DNA of 63,347 nucleotides, the filler included, from Octopus bimaculoides (taxonomy: Eukaryota): the NCBI RefSeq assembly GCF_001194135.2. It is 6 parts of 5 records of this genome, joined end to end, with 100 filler letters (N's around TTAATTAATTAA, not from the genome) between each part and the next. Parts side by side here need not be neighbours in the genome. Positions count along the whole stretch, not along the records: positions 56,679 to 59,161 come from NC_068997.1; positions 59,262 to 63,347 come from NC_068984.1; 4 more parts are not named here. The stretch is one strand, 5' to 3'. The notes beneath the pieces are model-generated. The model searched no databases. It had not been told where the DNA came from and worked only from the letters and a program-made list of their open reading frames with translations. Every line of letters begins with the position of its first letter. Positions within the stretch are counted from its first letter, which is position 1. The position numbers and the translations under genes were made by a program. Below, piece after piece: positions 59,006-63,347 of this stretch.

Positions 59006-59125
59006 GAAGGGAATAATACTACTGCTATCACATTAAGTAGACAGCATACAACTACTTTATCACATCACTACTGTAAAAATCTCTCTGAGAGATTCAGAAA
59101 TGTATTATTTATATTCTTAATTGCT

Positions 59126-59161
<36 letters not shown>

Positions 59162-59261
59162 NNNNNNNNNNNNNNNNNNNNNNNNNNNNNNNNNNNNNNN
59201 NNNNNTTAATTAATTAANNNNNNNNNNNNNNNNNNNNNNNNNNNNNNNNNNNNNNNNNNNN

Positions 59262-59304
<43 letters not shown>

Positions 59305-60008
59305 GCGTGTATTTCTCTTTATAGATGTATAAGTGTTCATGTATATTTGTGTGTAAGAATATATAAAGATTATATATATATACATATATACACACACACA
59401 TTTGCACCCTGCACACATTCGTTCGCATACAAGAATGCTATTGTTGGTTTGCTGATAAATTCTTTCGTTATGAGCCGCCATCCACTTTTAATTGACCAAA
59501 AGTTATGTATGTAAAAAGGTATTTTTATTTTTAGTCGTCCCCCGCCCCAGTAAATGTTCGGGGGTTTTAAAGCACACTTTTTAGTTTTATACACGTATTA
59601 AAGTGAGTATTATAAAGTTTCTTCACACGAAAGACAAAATATAAACTTTTCAGTTAAGAAGTTGGTGAGAAAATGTTAAATAAAAAAATGTTCTCCGTTT
59701 TGTGCTTTAAGAAATCGCACGTGTGTGTATATATATATATATTTGCATTTTAATTTTTATGTTAATCATTTGTTTAATTTCATTACATCTGAATAAGATA
59801 TAAGGAAATTATAATTTAGTTCTAAAAACATTTGTAAATTATTCTGCGTTTAACAGTGAACGCATGTGTATATGTGCACACACACACACACACACACACA
59901 CGCATAATCATTTTATATACACATGCATTTTATCATAATAAATATTATATCTATTTCATACATGTTTGTATATATGCGTATGTGTGTGTGTGTATATATG
60001 TATATGTA

Positions 60009-60048
<40 letters not shown>

Positions 60049-60770
60049 TTTCTTTGTATGTATATATGTATGTATTACGCGTAGTTAATCTTCACTATTT
60101 TACACATATTTCTGTGGTCATCTGAACATTTTCATGCCATAATTAATTCTCTTTCACGATGTCACATCCTCTCTCTCTCTTATCTTTCGCATGCTTTCCA
60201 GGATCCTCGTGTTTTTTCCCTCCCTCTATCCTTTCTCTTCTCTTTACTCCCATCCTCCTCATTGCTCTTTCTATGCCTCCTAAATAACCCCACCACCGCC
60301 GCCACCACCACATCTCTTTCATCTCGTGTTAAAAACAATCGAATCGACAAATATTGGACTCTTAACAACGAGGCGAAAAAAGAAAAAGAAAACCAAAACA
60401 CCACACACACAGACACAAAACCCAGGAAAAGAACAGTAAAACTGGGTGAAGAAGTACAGTTTATTTTGTTAGTGAGCAACAACAGAACGAGAGTTAAAAT
60501 GGAGAGCGGGTAGGAGGTGTACAGAAAGTCAAAATACAACCAGAAACAAACTAATAAACAAATTAAAATCTGTTTCAAAAATACACCTCAAGCTAAAATA
60601 ACATGAAAACCTCTGAGCTGCAAAAATTACTCCACTTTACTTACATGAAATATAAAACAAAAAATATATTCGCATTTCTTGTGCGGCTGCTATTTATTAT
60701 GTTGCTGTAAAGTTTGCAACGTTCCGTAGCTTTCGTGGCGATAAGGAAAAATAGATTATTATTATTATGT

Positions 60771-61195
60771 GAGTTCAAATTCCACCTTTCATCATTTCGG
60801 GGTCGATAAATCAAGTATTAGTTGAGTATTGGGGTCGATGTAATCGACTATATCCCTCCCCCTAAATTTCAAGCCTTGTGCCTATAGTAGAAATGCTTAT
60901 TATTATATGAGTTCAAATTCCTCTGAGGTCGACTTTGCTTTTCATCCTTTCGGGATCGATAAAATAAGTACCAGTTCAACCCTCCAATTGATGTAATCGA
61001 CTCACACCTCACCAAATTGCTAACCTTGTTGCCAAATTTGAAACCATAACTATTATTGTTATTATATGAATTCAAATTCCACCTAGGTTGACTTTGCCTT
61101 TCATCCTTTCGGGTTTGATAAAATAAGTGCGAGTTGAACACTAGGGTGGATGTAATTCCACCCTCAGAACTCCTGGCCTTGTGTCTAGAGTAGAA

Positions 61196-61197
<2 letters not shown>
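60771..61197 (+). repeat. Tandem array of 5'-truncated SINE family A units
   Basis: Units start at the B box GA(G/A)TTCAAATTCC at 60771, 60909 and 61068, each after a TATTAT tract. Further fragments continue to about 61550. Confidence 0.8.
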
Positions 61198-61233
<36 letters not shown>

Positions 61234-62994
61234 CATCCAGTGTTTCCAGATCTTTATGTTCTGGGCTGAAAATATACCCAGGTCAAGTTTGGCTTCCAAT
61301 CATTTCAGGGTCGGTAAAATAAGTACCAGTTGATGTACATAAGGTTTTAAGGTGGTGAACTGGCAGAATACTTGGAGCATTAGAAAAAAATTCTCAGCAG
61401 CATGTCTGCCAACTCTTTAATGCGCAAGTTCAAACTCTGATGAGATCAGCTTTGCTCTTTTTATGCTCATTAAAATATGTACCAATCAAGTACTAGGGCC
61501 TACGTAGCTCTGGTCCTCCCCTCAAATTGCTGGCCTTGTGCCAAAGTTAGTATTATTATTTAGGGATATTTCTTTACAAGTGTACCCTCCTCTTGCCTTA
61601 AACAATAGGAAAACTTTATGTATGTAGAAAATAAAGTTAGTAAAAGAATGTGTGTCAGAACAACTGTTTGAAGAAAGCAGAAACTTGTAGATGGATGTAT
61701 TTGTGCATATGTGTGTCTTTGTATGGCATTCCTATATAGTAGTGTCAGAAATTTTCTAGTATCAAGAAATTGTAGTTTCTTTGGACTTGTATGTTGTAAG
61801 CATCATAGATTACACTTTTGCAAAAATAAGAAATATTTTGGGAAGGATATCTTCCCACCTCCTGCTGTTCCATAATTTTTCAGTTTTGACACTTCTTAAA
61901 AATTTTTCATACATAATGTTTACAAAAGTTACACATATTTTGTTGAATCATGTCCTCAGATGTTTAAAATATTAGATCTGAAAAGTAGATGTTCAAAAAC
62001 AATGATGGTGTGTGTATAACACTTTAAGCTTTCCCATCATGAGACATTTCCTTTTACTTTTGTGCTTCAGCATTCAATAGGCTTATACTATGTGTGGTTT
62101 AGTCTGCTTTCTTCTGTCTCCCTTAGAAATATACTTTGGTGGGAGAAAAAAGAAATATTTTTCATACATGTAAAAACACAATGAATTTTAATATAGTGTT
62201 ATGCATTCACGTACTCTTAAACATGGATGCACACATGCAGATTGATGCATGTGTGTGTGTGACTCATATGAACGTGGAAAAGTGGATGTAAAAACAGTGA
62301 CGATGACGTGTGTTTGTGTGTAAAGATGTGGCTGAGTGGTTAAGAAGTTCACTTCCCAACCACGTGGCTTCAAGTTCAGTCCTACTGTGCAACATCTTTG
62401 GCAATATTTGTGGCTGTGTGACTTTATATTTCCCTTAATATTCACATGTCTTCACTGGTTGTAAACAATTGCACACTGTTGTTTGCACGAAAGTACATCC
62501 AGTATTTTTTTAACATAGCTTGACCTGTTATGTGATCTTTGCAAACAAAAGGCTTATTCACATGATGTCATTTCTTTGTAGTTCCTCAGTGAAATGCATC
62601 CAGATAGCTTCTTGTTTGATAGTTTCGGTGATTATTACCTTGCTTGGAAACAAGTGGGCCTGAGGAAAAAGAAGGCCACGAGGCCCCGATGTACTCTTGC
62701 CTGACCCATGCAGCTAGAGAAGAGTAGGTGTTTAAACAATGATGATAATTATGAAACGGATATACATACGTTTATATGTGTACATAAAATGGATATGTGT
62801 GTATGTATATATATGTTCACAAGATCAGATCAATAGGTATCCAAACTATTGCCATAGTAATGAAGCTAAGGTACACAGTGAAGCTGCTTGACGAAGATTA
62901 ACCTTGAACTCTGTTGTACACGTGCACTAATTTTTAACATTCTAGCTTACTTCTGCTGTTTACAGCAGTGCTTTAAAGGAAGGTGTGTAGCGTG

Positions 62995-63205
62995 TGAATG
63001 TTGCATTGACCACAACAGAGAGAGTTGTCATGGCAATACTTGCTCAGAGGACTATGCAAGATTGCAGAAAGTGTATGGATAGGAGTGTATGAGCCGGACA
63101 CAAGTGTACAAGTGGTTCAGATGTTTCCAACCTGGCCCAAAAATGTCAATATTGGCAAATGCTCTGGCAGAACTGCAACCAGCAGAACTTAGAAAAACAT
63201 TGTGG
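62995..63205 (+). mobile_element. Mariner transposase N-terminal remnant
   Basis: [25 protein letters not shown]....SGR...SRT..NI across frameshifts (helix-turn-helix region). Confidence 0.7.
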
Positions 63206-63219
63206 ATGTGTGTGTGCAA

Positions 63220-63347
<128 letters not shown>

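Noticed and set aside
29512-59217. Recurrent TTAATTAATTAA 12-mer (five copies)
   Set aside because: It is always centred in N44-12-N44 and has stops in all six frames, so it is an assembly spacer.

Overview
This is AT-rich, microsatellite-dense animal genomic DNA from a gapped draft assembly. The SINE families, (TA)/(CA)/(TG) tracts and LINE complement point to a coleoid cephalopod, probably Octopus (inference). Two host genes are visible, arranged divergently. (1) GTF2E1 (TFIIE alpha) on the minus strand has coding exons at 40457-39811 and 34958-34754, a probable promoter near 44.4 kb, and no visible C-terminal exon. (2) A GLD-2/TENT2-type cytoplasmic poly(A) polymerase on the plus strand has two in-phase exons (54042-54156, 55530-55621) carrying the GS motif and DxD catalytic aspartates. 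The rest is mostly decayed transposons: a Chapaev3-like DNA transposon, CR1-group, RTE, Dong/R4, Tx1/L1-like and Penelope-like retroelements, a tRNA-Trp-primed LTR element with solo LTRs, Merlin-like, piggyBac-like and Tigger-like MITEs, mariner remnants and many SINEs. The most notable observations are minimal hammerhead ribozyme motifs in Penelope-like tails and inside a tRNA-headed SINE, four unrelated MITEs that each carry a telomeric-repeat core, RTE LINE 3' ends encoding three tandem C2H2 fingers, and a short non-autonomous LTR element with a duplicated primer-binding site and TG...AA ends. All family assignments come from recognising motifs by eye; no database search was run.
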